A program made the position numbers and the translations under genes. From Limisphaerales bacterium (GTDB lineage Bacteria; Verrucomicrobiota; Verrucomicrobiia; Limisphaerales; SIBE01), in assembly GCA_044225505.1 (NCBI GenBank), contig JBGAIN010000008.1, positions 1-64,000 on the forward strand: DNA of 64,000 nucleotides, read 5' to 3'. The notes beneath the pieces are model-generated. The model did no database searches and was not told the origin of the DNA. It saw only the letters and a program-made list of their open reading frames with translations. How positions within the stretch are numbered: the first letter of the stretch is position 1; each line of letters begins with the position of its first letter. Of this stretch, positions 26,379-36,641 are shown piece by piece.

Positions 26379-29300
26379 ATGCTTCGCTGGTTGATTACCT
26401 TTTCGCTGCAGAATCGTGTTTTAGTTTGTCTATTCGCCGTTGCGTTAAGTTTCCTGGGGGGAAGATCCCTTCTCAACCTGCCGGTGGACGCATTTCCTGA
26501 CACCACACCAGTCCAGGTGCAAATCAACGTGGCTGTGCCGTCGCTCATTCCGGAAGAAGCGGAACAGCAAGTGACCGCTCCGATTGAACTAGCCATCGGC
26601 GGGTTGCCCGGACTGGATAACGTCCGCTCCGTGTCGAAGTTTGGGCTTTCCCAGGTCGTGGCGACTTTTAACGATCGCACGGGCGTGTATCTTGCCCGGC
26701 AGCTCGTGATGGAGCGCCTGCAAAGCGTTGAACTGCCCGAGGGCGTAGCGCGGCCCGAGCTCGGTCCGATTTCCACCGGGCTGGGAGAGGTGTTCCACTA
26801 TATGGTCCGAGCGACCAATGGCCAATACAGTCTCACAGATCTTCGTGAGCTTCACGATTGGGTGATCAAACCCCAACTGCGCCAGGTTCGAGGCGTTGCT
26901 GAAGTGAACTCTTGGGGTGGTTTTGAGAAACAGTACCAGGTCGTGGCGCTGCCGCCGCAGTTGGTGAAGTATGGCGTAACGCTGGAACGGCTGATCGAGG
27001 CGCTCCAAGAGAACAATCAAAATGTCGGGGGCGGGCAAATTACCCGGAGCGGTGAATCGTTGCTGGTCCATGGCACGGGATTGACCACTGACCTGGAGCA
27101 GATTGGCGACATTGTGATCACCGTTCACGACGGCGTGCCCGTGCGTGTGCGCGATGTCGCCCGAGTGCAATTGGGACATGAGACACGCCACGGAGCCGTC
27201 ACGGCCGAGGGACAAGGCGAGGCGGTGCTGGGCCTTGGATTCATGCTCATGGGCGAGAACAGCGCGGTGGTAGCGCGCGCGCTCCAGGAGAAGCTCAATC
27301 AAGTCCGCCAAAGCCTCCCTGCCGGCGTGCACGTCGAGGTCCTTTATGATCGCACCGAACTGGTCGATCAAGTGATCCGAACGGTCCGCAATAATCTCCT
27401 CATCGGCGCGCTTTTGGTGGTGGCGGTCCTCTTCGCTTTCCTGGGGAACGTCCGCGCCGGGCTGATCGTGGCGGCGGCCATTCCCCTGTCGATGCTCATT
27501 GCGGGGGAACTTATGCTGCAAGCGGGCGTGACTGCGAGCCTGCTCAGCTTGGGGGCAATTGACTTCGGGATCATCGTCGATGGGTCTGTCGTAATGGTGG
27601 AAAACACGTTGCGCCGTTTGGCGGCCCGCCAGCGCGAACTGGGACGGCGCCTGACCGAGGCTGAACGCCAAGAGATCCTGATTGCGGCGCCGGTGGAAAT
27701 GGCCCGCCCGGTGGCGTTTGGTGTTGGAATCATTCTGATCGTATTTCTGCCCATCCTCTCGTTGGAAGGCATCGAGGGAAAGCTGTTCAAGCCGATGGCG
27801 CTGACGATGATCTTTGCGTTGTTAGGCTCGCTTTTGCTGGCGCTCACGCTTATTCCCGTCCTCTCCACGCTGCTCTTGCCGAAAGATCTCAAGTCCCATG
27901 AGCCACGGCTCATGCAAGGGCTTCGCGCTGCCTACGCGCCGCTGCTCGATCGGGCGTTGCGTTGGCGTTGGGCCACACTCCTGGGAGCCTTGACGCTGGG
28001 CGCTGTCACCTTCCTGCTGGCGACTCGGATGGGGGGGGAGTTCCTGCCGAAGTTGGGTGAACAAGCTCTGGCCGTCAGCGTGGTGCGCCTAGCCGGGATT
28101 TCCGTGGACGAAGCCGTGGCTTGGAATACCCGCATCGAGAGAGAGCTACAGGAGAAGTTTCCTGACGAGATTGCCCATGTCTGGACGCGCTTGGGCGCTC
28201 CGGAAGTAGCGACCGATCCCATGGGAATCGAACTCTCCGACTTCTTCATTACTTTGAAACCTCGGCGTGAATGGACCAAAGCGAGCACTCAGCCGGAGCT
28301 CGTTGAGGCCATGCGACCGATATTTGCGGATCAACCCGGGATGAGCGCCGCCTTTAGCCAACCTATAGAAATGCGGATGAACGAGCTCGTCGCGGGCGCT
28401 CGGGGCGATCTCGCGATCAAAATCTTTGGTGACGATTTGTCAACATTGCTCCGCCTTTCCGATGCCGTGCAAGGTGTGCTGACCAAGATCCGGGGCGCCA
28501 CCGAAATCAGCGGCGAACAACTCACGGGACAGCCTTTGCTCGAGGTGCAAATTGATCCGCAAGCTATCTCCCGCTACGGCGTGCCACGGCGCCACGTGCT
28601 CAATGTGGTCGAAGCGGTCGGCAACAAGCGCGTTGGGGAAATCCGAGAGGGTCAGCGGCGTTTTCCACTCGTTGTCCGATTGCCCGACGAGCAGCGCACC
28701 GATCCCAAAGCGCTCGCCGCTACGTTGGTTCCAACTATTGCCGGTTCGGTGCTGCCGTTGGATCGTGTCGCTCATATCCGAGAGACGGAAGGCCCAGCCA
28801 CAATCAACCGCGAATGGGGTCAGCGCCGCGTCACGGTCCAAGCGAACGTTCGCGGGCGCGACATCGCCAGTTTCGTCGCCGAAGCCAAGGGTAAGATCGC
28901 CGCGGGTGTGCCTTTGCCCGCCGGGTATGTCATCAGTTGGGGCGGCCAGTTTGAAAATATGGAGCGTGCCAACCGGAAGTTATGGTTCCTGGTTCCCGTG
29001 GCGCTCGGATCCGTATTAGCGCTGCTCTATCTTGGCTTGAAAAACCTTCGGGACACCGTGGTTGTCGCGTCGGGCATCCCTTTGGGAGCGGTGGGCGGCG
29101 TCTTGGCGCTGTGGCTTCGCCAGATGCCGTTTACTGTCAGCTCTGGCATCGGATTTGTGGCTCTGAGCGGCGTGGCGATCCTCAACGGGCTCGTGTTGGT
29201 GACCTTTATCCGACCACGACTGCGTGAAGGTGTGCCTGTGGAAGCCGCTGTGCGCGAAGGATGCCTGGTGCGCTTACGGCCCGTGCTCATGACCGCGTTG

Positions 29301-29483
29301 GTGGCGGCGATTGGATTCGTCCCGATGGCTTTGAATTCGGGTGTCGGCGGGGAAGTGCAGCGTCCGCTCGCGACCGTGGTCATCGGAGGCATTCTGACCA
29401 ACACATTCCTCACTTTGTTTGTGCTTCCGGCGCTTTATGCGACCTCTCGATCCCGTGCGCGTTTAAAGCACGCAGGAGTATAA
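26379..29483 (+). CDS. czcA: Heavy-metal efflux RND permease (CzcA type)
   Basis: DAFPDTTPVQVQI, GPISTGLGE, SLGAIDFGIIVDG, GIEGKLFKPMA, QPIEMRMNE, RLRPVLMTA, GGEVQRPLATVVIGG. Confidence 0.95.
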   Translation: MLRWLITFSLQNRVLVCLFAVALSFLGGRSLLNLPVDAFPDTTPVQVQINVAVPSLIPEEAEQQVTAPIELAIGGLPGLDNVRSVSKFGLSQVVATFNDRTGVYLARQLVMERLQSVELPEGVARPELGPISTGLGEVFHYMVRATNGQYSLTDLRELHDWVIKPQLRQVRGVAEVNSWGGFEKQYQVVALPPQLVKYGVTLERLIEALQENNQNVGGGQITRSGESLLVHGTGLTTDLEQIGDIVITVHDGVPVRVRDVARVQLGHETRHGAVTAEGQGEAVLGLGFMLMGENSAVVARALQEKLNQVRQSLPAGVHVEVLYDRTELVDQVIRTVRNNLLIGALLVVAVLFAFLGNVRAGLIVAAAIPLSMLIAGELMLQAGVTASLLSLGAIDFGIIVDGSVVMVENTLRRLAARQRELGRRLTEAERQEILIAAPVEMARPVAFGVGIILIVFLPILSLEGIEGKLFKPMALTMIFALLGSLLLALTLIPVLSTLLLPKDLKSHEPRLMQGLRAAYAPLLDRALRWRWATLLGALTLGAVTFLLATRMGGEFLPKLGEQALAVSVVRLAGISVDEAVAWNTRIERELQEKFPDEIAHVWTRLGAPEVATDPMGIELSDFFITLKPRREWTKASTQPELVEAMRPIFADQPGMSAAFSQPIEMRMNELVAGARGDLAIKIFGDDLSTLLRLSDAVQGVLTKIRGATEISGEQLTGQPLLEVQIDPQAISRYGVPRRHVLNVVEAVGNKRVGEIREGQRRFPLVVRLPDEQRTDPKALAATLVPTIAGSVLPLDRVAHIRETEGPATINREWGQRRVTVQANVRGRDIASFVAEAKGKIAAGVPLPAGYVISWGGQFENMERANRKLWFLVPVALGSVLALLYLGLKNLRDTVVVASGIPLGAVGGVLALWLRQMPFTVSSGIGFVALSGVAILNGLVLVTFIRPRLREGVPVEAAVREGCLVRLRPVLMTALVAAIGFVPMALNSGVGGEVQRPLATVVIGGILTNTFLTLFVLPALYATSRSRARLKHAGV

Positions 29484-29645
29484 GGATTAGTCCGGTGTTA
29501 GGGCATGCAATGGACCCGAATGTTCGTCCGCAGCGGCGCCTGGCTCGGCGGCGACCGCGTCCTTGGGAGCGCACAGCCTGATTCCAAATGCTCGCACCTT
29601 TCCCTCGAAAGATATCGCGCTCCGGCTTAGGATTGCCTCAAGACC

Positions 29646-30416
29646 ATGAGGATCTTTTGCTGCCAACTCGACATCGTCTGGGAAGATAAACAGGCAAACT
29701 TTCGCAAAGTCCGGCGGTTACTCGAAGAAACGGTCCCGCCCAAACGAAGCCTGGTCGTGCTCCCCGAGATGTTTGCCACCGGATTCACCATGAATCCGGA
29801 GGCGAACTGCGATCTGCCTGGAGGAGAGACCGATCGGTTCCTGCAGGGACTCGCTCGCCAACACGAGATCACCGTAATCGCGGGCCAAGCCGTCCGCGAC
29901 GCGGACGGGCGGGCTCGCAACCAAGCGGTGGTTGTCTCGCCCGCGGGGGTCCTGGTGGGACGGTATAACAAAGTGCACCCGTTTTCGTTGGGTGGTGAAG
30001 CGGAACACTACGCGGCGGGGCATGAAGTGGTTATTTTCCAGTGGGAAGGTTGCACAGTCGCGCCGCTCATTTGTTACGACTTACGGTTTCCAGAGCTCTT
30101 CCGGACCGCGGTGCGGCGAGGAACGCAGGTGTTTACGGTGATCGCCAATTGGCCCGTCAAGCGGGAGATGCATTGGGTGACTCTGCTCCAGGCCCGGGCC
30201 ATTGAAAACCAAGCCTATGTCGTGGGCGTGAACCGTTCCGGGACGGACCCGAAGTATACGTATTCGGGAAGAAGTATGATCGTTGACCCGCATGGGACGA
30301 TTCTCTGTGAGATTGGTAACGAAGAGGGAATCATCTCCGCGGCCGCGGATCTGGCAGGGCTTGAAACCTGGCGGAAAGACTTCCCCGCATTGCAAGACAT
30401 GCACTGGAACGGGTGA
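29646..30416 (+). CDS. Carbon-nitrogen hydrolase (nitrilase superfamily, omega-amidase/YafV-like)
   Basis: Catalytic triad contexts LPEMF, YNKVH, ICYDLRFPE; ARAIENQ. Confidence 0.9.
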   Translation: MRIFCCQLDIVWEDKQANFRKVRRLLEETVPPKRSLVVLPEMFATGFTMNPEANCDLPGGETDRFLQGLARQHEITVIAGQAVRDADGRARNQAVVVSPAGVLVGRYNKVHPFSLGGEAEHYAAGHEVVIFQWEGCTVAPLICYDLRFPELFRTAVRRGTQVFTVIANWPVKREMHWVTLLQARAIENQAYVVGVNRSGTDPKYTYSGRSMIVDPHGTILCEIGNEEGIISAAADLAGLETWRKDFPALQDMHWNG

Positions 30417-30559
30417 AGCCGAGGTTTGGCAGGGGCGTGGGAGACGGGATTGGCTTCTTAGCACTGGTTGAAGGGAGCCAGGGCTCGACACTTCTGGTTT
30501 GAGACAACCCCCGGCAAAGCCACCGTCCGTGTGGCCGCGCCATTCCCGGACGGTCCGAT

Positions 30560-30603
30560 GATCCTCTAGTGATCCTCCAGTGATCCTCCAGTGATCCTCC
30601 AGT
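30560..30603. repeat. Tandem repeat, 4 x 11 bp GATCCTC(T/C)AGT
   Basis: GATCCTCTAGT followed by three perfect GATCCTCCAGT units. Confidence 0.9.
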
Positions 30604-30783
30604 GGCCGAGGGGTGCACCGACCGGCATGCAACGACTCACTCCCGACCCTCGCCGAACCGTGCACCTGGGTTCTGGCAATGCAACGCGGCGCCGCGCAGG
30701 CATTCAGGCATCTTGTTCCGCCTGGTTTTGGAGTGTTGTTGCCCTCGCTCAACCTTACCGGCATCTTGCTGCGCTGAGTATCC

Positions 30784-30940
30784 GTCCAATGCCAAAGATC
30801 CACGGGGCTGGGATACTGCAAGATGCTGCCGCGCAAATACTAAGCTACTATGCTTCGCCAGATCTTGGAGGGTGGCGGCCCCCCGCTGCTGTGCCGGCGA
30901 GCGCCCACCGAGACGGGAGCAAACGGAGGAGCACGAGCAC
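30784..30940. repeat. REP-like dispersed repeat, copy B (degenerate homolog of 169-333)
   Basis: Collinear blocks shared with 169-333. Confidence 0.65.
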
Positions 30941-30941
30941 A

Positions 30942-31217
30942 CTAGTGTGATGACCGCTAAGTCCTTATACTTTCGTTGCGCTCAAAATGGGTCCTGGCGA
31001 GGCGCGACGACGGAGGATAGCCGCCGCGCTCTCTGACCGAGGAGCAACGAAGCCAGGACCCATTTTCAGCGCAACCCTTTGGGCGGCGGTTCTTTCGCGC
31101 GCCCGCCGCGTTCCTCGCTCGTTGCAGACCGCTACGGGTCTGCGCCTCGCTCGCGCCTTGCGGGCGCGCAAAAACCCTCGCCGCGAAAGTGCAAGGACTT
31201 AGCGGTCACCACACTAG
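30942..31217. mobile_element. 276-bp MITE-like element with 34-bp terminal inverted repeats starting and ending in CTAG, plus two internal hairpins
   Basis: 30942-30975 CTAGTGTGATGACCGCTAAGTCCTTATACTTTCG vs reverse complement of 31184-31217: 31/34 identical; internal 24-bp IR at 30975-30998 / 31052-31075 (1 mismatch); no transposase ORF. Confidence 0.85.
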
Positions 31218-31600
31218 GTCTGGTGACATTTTGTCACCGACCATCGAACGTTTGGGGCCGGACCGTTCCCAAAAAGGCGCCCATGCCGCGATTTGTCGCC
31301 CATGCGGTTCACAATTTGCGGACGGACGCTGCGATTTCCTAGGGCTGATGGCTTTTCGCTCGTTTAGGGGCGCAAGGTGACTACGGGGGACAGATTGGTT
31401 AGCCGTCGGAAGAACCGTTTAAACCGCCGGCGACCGGTAAGGTTGCCGATCTGGCGTTTCTACCCCCAGCATTTGCATTGACCGGGCCGGTCGCAGTGCC
31501 AACATGGTTGCGAGAAGTTGAATCGTCGCTAGACTCCCGGCCACTGTCGGTCGGGAGGCGTGGCGAGAGGCAAGATGGTAAACCATTATCCGCAAGGCGT

Positions 31601-31972
31601 ATGGAACACTCACCAGGTTTCTTAAAAATCGTCAACGAAACGAAGCCACGCGTCAAAGAGATCACCGTGCAACAGGCACGGGAGCGGTTGGCGCAGAACC
31701 CCAAAGCCATCCTCGCGGATGTCCGGGAAGACATGGAATGGCAGAACGGCCATGCCGAGGAGGCGATTCATCTGGGCAAAGGCATCCTGGAGCGAGACAT
31801 CGAGAAGGCGGTGCCAGATCCGACAGCCGAGTTGATCTTGTATTGCGGAGGTGGGTATCGATCGATTTTGGCGGCCGAAGTGGCGCATCGAATGGGCTAC
31901 AAGAATGTCTATTCGCTCGCCGGTGGTTATAAAGGGATGGTCGCAGCGCAATGGCCAATGCGCCGGGGTTGA
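31601..31972 (+). CDS. Rhodanese-like domain protein
   Basis: DVREDMEWQNGH, HLGKGILERDIE, active-site loop LYCGGGYRS, SLAGG. Confidence 0.92.
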   Translation: MEHSPGFLKIVNETKPRVKEITVQQARERLAQNPKAILADVREDMEWQNGHAEEAIHLGKGILERDIEKAVPDPTAELILYCGGGYRSILAAEVAHRMGYKNVYSLAGGYKGMVAAQWPMRRG

Positions 31973-32102
31973 TTAAAGGTGGGTCAAGCTCACGGACGGT
32001 GGATGCCGCCGCCCTTCGATACGCCAGACCGGCGCCTGCTGTCGCCGCGACAAAGACGCCGGCCGGCTGACTCTCCAATCCAGTCCTGGGCGTCTGGGGC
32101 AA

Positions 32103-32975
32103 TTATCCGTTAATAACTTCTCCGCCGTTGGGATGCAGCACTTGACCGGACATATACGAGGAGTCCGCTGAGGCCAAAAAAAGATACGACGGCGCGACTT
32201 CTGCGGGCTCTCCCGCACGTTTCATGGGAACGTCCGAGCCAAACTTCGCAACTTTCTCTGCTGGGAACGTGGAGGGGATTAGGGGGGTCCAGATGGGACC
32301 AGGCGCAACTGCATTGACACGGATTCCGCGATCAGCCAGGGCCTGGGACAACGATCTCGTGAAGGTGACAATTGCGCCTTTGGTAGCCGAGTAATCCAGA
32401 AGGTGGGGGCTGCCGCGGTAGGCGGTGACTGAGGTGGTATTGATGATGGAAGCGCCACTTTTAAGATGTTTGAGGGCTGCTTTGACCACAAAAAAGTAGG
32501 AAAAGATATTGGTTCGGAACGTGCGTTCGAGTTGTTCCGAATTGATCTTCTCGATCGCACCTTGCGGATGCTGTTCGGCGGCATTATTCACCACAATATC
32601 GAGCCTTCCGAACCGATCGATCGTCTGTTGGATGAGGCGCTCACACGACCGCTCATACCCAATGTCGCCTGGGAGCAGTAAACACTCGCGCCCTTCTGCT
32701 TCGACCTGGTGCTTGGTTTCCTGGGCATCCTGATGTTCGAGCAGATACGAGATCGCCACGTGCGCCCCTTCTTTCGCAAACAGAATGGCCACGGCTCGAC
32801 CGATGCCGGAATCGCCGCCCGTGATAAAGGCGACTTGGTCAGCCAATTTACCTGTTCCCTTGTGTTCCGGGCGCTCGGCCTGGGGGCGAGGCTTCATCAT
32901 GGATTCTCGCCCGGGTTGTTCGACCTGGTGTTGTGGTGGACGAATGCTTTTCGATGGTTGAGTCTTTTTTGCCAT
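32103..32975 (-). CDS. Classical SDR oxidoreductase (general stress protein 39/YghA-like)
   Basis: TGGDSGIG, NNAAEQH, YSATK, VAPGPIWTPLIP. Confidence 0.93.
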   Translation of the reverse strand: MAKKTQPSKSIRPPQHQVEQPGRESMMKPRPQAERPEHKGTGKLADQVAFITGGDSGIGRAVAILFAKEGAHVAISYLLEHQDAQETKHQVEAEGRECLLLPGDIGYERSCERLIQQTIDRFGRLDIVVNNAAEQHPQGAIEKINSEQLERTFRTNIFSYFFVVKAALKHLKSGASIINTTSVTAYRGSPHLLDYSATKGAIVTFTRSLSQALADRGIRVNAVAPGPIWTPLIPSTFPAEKVAKFGSDVPMKRAGEPAEVAPSYLFLASADSSYMSGQVLHPNGGEVING

Positions 32976-33143
32976 GGGCGATCTTCTCCCTGTTTGGTCA
33001 CTGAAGTCCTGCCAGCAAAGCGGCTCAGCCTCGTGAACCTTTTTAAATTTCCATAGTGAAACAAGCTCGCAAGCCTGGTTCTACGGGCGGAGAACCTCTG
33101 AAACCCCTTGCCGCGGTTGCCGCTCTCCTGACAAATTGAGGGC

Positions 33144-33827
33144 ATGTCTTGTTTGGGTTTGTTGAAGCGACGAGAAGTCTGGGTCCCCACCTTGCGAGGA
33201 TGGGTCCTGCTGGGCGTTCTCGCGATCGCACTCGTGACAGGTTTCGTGGTGGCGATCGTTCCATTTCTGGCGCCCGAGCAGCCCGAGCATCAGGGCATTC
33301 TGGTTGTGGAGGGGTGGGTGCCCGATTACACGTTTGAACAGGCCAAGCGGCTCTTCGAGAGCCATCCCTATCGGCTGATTGTCGTGACGGGGAGCGTGGT
33401 CGAGGAAGGCTTACACGTGAGCAAGTACACCAACTATGCTCAACTCGGCACGGAAACGTTGCGGGCGTTGGGGGTAAAGGATCAATCGGTGGTGGCGGTA
33501 GCCAATCCTGAGCGTCCGAGGAATCGGACATTTGCCACCGCGCAACGAGTGCGTGCTTGGTTGGACGCCCGGCAGGATACGGACCGACTCGACGTTCTGA
33601 CCTTGGGCGTGCACGCCCGCAGGACGTGGTTGCTTTATCGGTTGGCGCTTGGGACCAAGTATCGTGTGGGGATTATTGCTGGAGACGACCGACGCTTTGA
33701 CCCGGCAAAATGGTGGTCGACCAGCAGCGGGTTTCGCGCGGTGACGAGCGAAATGCTGGCGCTCATTTACGCCAAATTACTCTTTTATCCGCAACTTGCG
33801 GACGGGGCCGAGACCGCCTCGCAGTAG
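33144..33827 (+). CDS. YdcF/DUF218 (ElyC/SanA-like) membrane-anchored protein
   Basis: N-terminal TM; LVVEGW, RTFATA, HARRT, WWSTSSGFR. Confidence 0.75.
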   Translation: MSCLGLLKRREVWVPTLRGWVLLGVLAIALVTGFVVAIVPFLAPEQPEHQGILVVEGWVPDYTFEQAKRLFESHPYRLIVVTGSVVEEGLHVSKYTNYAQLGTETLRALGVKDQSVVAVANPERPRNRTFATAQRVRAWLDARQDTDRLDVLTLGVHARRTWLLYRLALGTKYRVGIIAGDDRRFDPAKWWSTSSGFRAVTSEMLALIYAKLLFYPQLADGAETASQ

Positions 33828-33856
33828 GAGTCCGTAGCTCTAGGTCCACTGACTTC

Positions 33857-35539
33857 TTAGCGCACCTGAGGCAGGACACTCTGCCACATAAACGCATTGA
33901 GCGGATTGCGACACCAGAAGGCCTCGCCCAACTCAATGGACGGTTCGCTCGGGGTCCACGTTCCGCCATCGCGCGTATAAGCGGTATACTTGCCGTCGCG
34001 CATCGTGAAGACCTGGCCGCCGTCGCCAAACGGGACGCAATCCAACACCTTGGAAAGAAGCCCGGAACGTGGAATAGACGAACTACGGATGGAGAGTTGC
34101 GTGGGAACCCGGTTAAAGAGTGCGTTGTTGACTTCGCCGACAAAGCGCAACTCGAAGGGCTCTGGGGTCGGATTGCGCAGGAAAGCCCCTTCGCCAGGGT
34201 GGAGTGTCATGGCGGGGTCTTCCCATTCTCCAAAGGAGAAGATGTTGACCGTCCACCGCTGCAATCCTTCCCCCCATTTGTAGAGTTCGGTTCCTTCGGG
34301 CATCTCCGGGAAAAGCGCAGCCAGGGTGTTGTCGGAGCCCTCCAGAGGATTGGCAACGAGCGAGAAGCCAGGCGGAATGGCGCGTTTGACGTAGCCCAAA
34401 ACCGCGGGACCTGAAGCCCGCCCGGAACGAATCCGGTAAAAGCGATGAGCGTCGACGAGATTCGAATCGGTGATCCAAACGTTTTCCGCTGGCAGATACT
34501 CCTTTTGGAGGGTGGTCCAGGTCTCGTGGTCTGTCGTGTATTCCACGGTGTAGATCCCGGCCTCGGTGTTCGCGACTCGGAAGCTGAACTGCAGAGCAGT
34601 TCCGTCGAGCGACGGCGAGTCGAGCACAGTGACTCGTGGATATCGATTGTATGCGGCTGTGGGAATCGTGCGATTGAGCACGGAAACGTTGTCGGCGGAG
34701 TCGGGATTGCCGTTCGAGTCCCGGTGACCTTCCGGGATGCCGGTGGGAGCGCCGAGAAAGTATTTTAGCGGATTGGAGAACTGCTGAATTTGACTGCCGA
34801 CGTAGGACATGATGTCTCCGTACGCGTCGCTTTTGTTGGGAGGTAAAAAACTATAGCCGAAATTGCATGCGTCCAATTGGTAACTTGGCGACGCGTTCGC
34901 TCGGTCATGGTTGCAGCCAAGATTATGTCCACACTCGTGCGTGAAAACGAAAGGGTTTCCATTGTAAATGGAATAAACTCCTGGGAGATAAGCCAAACCG
35001 CCGGTGGGCAAACCATCGCGGACAAGGAGGCTCACCAGGTCGGCACCGACCGCGTCGCGCAGTTCGGCGACTTTGGTGTCAGAGGATAACCAGTAGAGCT
35101 CATCTTTGGCCTTCGGTGTCTCCTGGTGCCAGGTGGTTTCAGCTTGATGAATCAGGCGAAAGCGAGCATGGACGCCACTTCGGTTGCACGCTTCGTTCAT
35201 GTAAGCGATAGAAAGGGCGATTCTCCGATCGATGTCCGCTTGCCCATAGGCAGCTTTCGCCTTTCCCGTGAAGAGGATCATGACATCAATCTGGGCGCGA
35301 ACTTTAGACGGTCCGCTTGGGTCCGGCTGGGACAGTGGATCAAGCGTGGAGGTTTGCCAGGGGGGGGATTCGGGTCCTGGTCGGACGCAGTCGTTGTCGG
35401 AAAAGAGATCGACAACGGCTTCAGCGTGGGCTGATTTGTTGTTCGGACTGTAGGCACCAACCAGGCAGCTCAGCGCTACCCACCCTAGTAATGTTCTGAC
35501 CAACTGCACCTTCCTGCCGAGCGGTCTGCGGAAAAGCAT
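33857..35539 (-). CDS. Exported metzincin (M12/reprolysin-like) metalloprotease with two accessory C-terminal modules
   Basis: HECGHNLGCNH zinc motif, Met-turn DIMSY, LRDAVGADLV, FSNP. Confidence 0.88.
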   Translation of the reverse strand: MLFRRPLGRKVQLVRTLLGWVALSCLVGAYSPNNKSAHAEAVVDLFSDNDCVRPGPESPPWQTSTLDPLSQPDPSGPSKVRAQIDVMILFTGKAKAAYGQADIDRRIALSIAYMNEACNRSGVHARFRLIHQAETTWHQETPKAKDELYWLSSDTKVAELRDAVGADLVSLLVRDGLPTGGLAYLPGVYSIYNGNPFVFTHECGHNLGCNHDRANASPSYQLDACNFGYSFLPPNKSDAYGDIMSYVGSQIQQFSNPLKYFLGAPTGIPEGHRDSNGNPDSADNVSVLNRTIPTAAYNRYPRVTVLDSPSLDGTALQFSFRVANTEAGIYTVEYTTDHETWTTLQKEYLPAENVWITDSNLVDAHRFYRIRSGRASGPAVLGYVKRAIPPGFSLVANPLEGSDNTLAALFPEMPEGTELYKWGEGLQRWTVNIFSFGEWEDPAMTLHPGEGAFLRNPTPEPFELRFVGEVNNALFNRVPTQLSIRSSSIPRSGLLSKVLDCVPFGDGGQVFTMRDGKYTAYTRDGGTWTPSEPSIELGEAFWCRNPLNAFMWQSVLPQVR

Positions 35540-35963
35540 CTGCTGCGCACGTTCCTGGGTGAGTCCGTGGCTACCGACGCTGCAACACGCAAACGCTCGA
35601 CTCCAGCTTTCAACGACTCACGCGATGAGCTGCTGTAAACCTAAACAAACTAATGCAGAAGAGATGCCAGAACAGTGAGGGTTATGAAAACACGACGGAG
35701 AGTATCGAGTTTTCCCGACAAAGACCTTTCTGGTTCTTAATGATCCCTCGCGCTTAGGAGGGCCTGAGGGCAGCAGCACTCCTCCACCTCGTGGAGGCCA
35801 AGTTGGAAACGGAGCGGTTGTGAGCGTTACGCTGTCGCAGATGCGTGAAAAAGGCGCAGAATTCTCCTCCCTAGGAGATCAGAAGGGATCAGGATGTACG
35901 GAGACAGAGACTTTAATCGCTTGGATGCTTTACAGGGGGTAAGGCCCTGACTAGAGTGCCGTT

Positions 35964-36626
35964 ATGGCGTCGCAGTTTGACGAGTCAGATTTCATTGACC
36001 GTGATTATCAGAGCACCAACTACTCTGCGGCGACCAGCAACGGAGGAGGGGGAACTCCCCGTCCACCGACTCGAGCCGAACTGGATTCGAGAGTAGGGGC
36101 TGCTCAACTAAAGCTTGCTGAACTGCGACGAGCGCAGGAAGCGCTTGAGCGCGAACGTTCGGCGCTCGAAGAATCGCGCCGCAGGCGGGTCGAATTCCAG
36201 AGTGGCCGGGAGGAGATGCTCCAAAGCCTCACTCGCGGGGTGTCTTTAATGGAGCAGGCGGAGTTTGCCGCCCGGCGTGATGCCGAGCAAATGGGTAAAA
36301 CCTTGACTGGTTTGCGGGAGGCTCTGGCTGCGGTGGAGGGCATCCATGAAGAAACGTGGACAGAGGAAAACTGGAACGTGGAGTTGACGCGGGCGTTGGC
36401 GAGTATTGAGAATGCGCGCCTGGAGTGGAACAAAGCCCGCCTCGGTTGGAGTCTGCTTAACGGAACGCCCGAAGAAAGGGCAAAGACCGAAACGGGCCCG
36501 GGTTTAGCGGCGACTGAAGGGCGACCCTTTCTGGAGCTTTGCCGTTTGGGCTTGGCGCTGACTTGGCCAGTGGCAGTGGTATGCCTCATTGGGTTTGTTC
36601 TGCTGCTGGTGTTTCGCCTGCGGTAA
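35964..36626 (+). CDS. Hypothetical coiled-coil protein with C-terminal TM anchor
   Basis: Long E/R/L-rich helical region; C-terminal ALTWPVAVVCLIGFVLLLVF. Confidence 0.75.
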   Translation: MASQFDESDFIDRDYQSTNYSAATSNGGGGTPRPPTRAELDSRVGAAQLKLAELRRAQEALERERSALEESRRRRVEFQSGREEMLQSLTRGVSLMEQAEFAARRDAEQMGKTLTGLREALAAVEGIHEETWTEENWNVELTRALASIENARLEWNKARLGWSLLNGTPEERAKTETGPGLAATEGRPFLELCRLGLALTWPVAVVCLIGFVLLLVFRLR

Positions 36627-36641
36627 TGCCGCGTCGTCGTT

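Noticed and set aside
26589..27671. Long antisense ORFs (also 5976-6929, 23203-24267, 58222-59199)
   Set aside because: Shadow ORFs expected opposite GC-rich coding genes; no motifs
30560..30603. CRISPR array
   Set aside because: The 11-bp units are directly adjacent, with no spacers and no cas genes
30417..31400. Several 60-250-aa ORFs, possible transposase remnants
   Set aside because: The translations come from repeats and palindromes; I saw no DDE or HUH motif
35540..35963. Riboswitch or sRNA in the 420-bp divergent intergenic region
   Set aside because: No recognisable aptamer consensus or terminator
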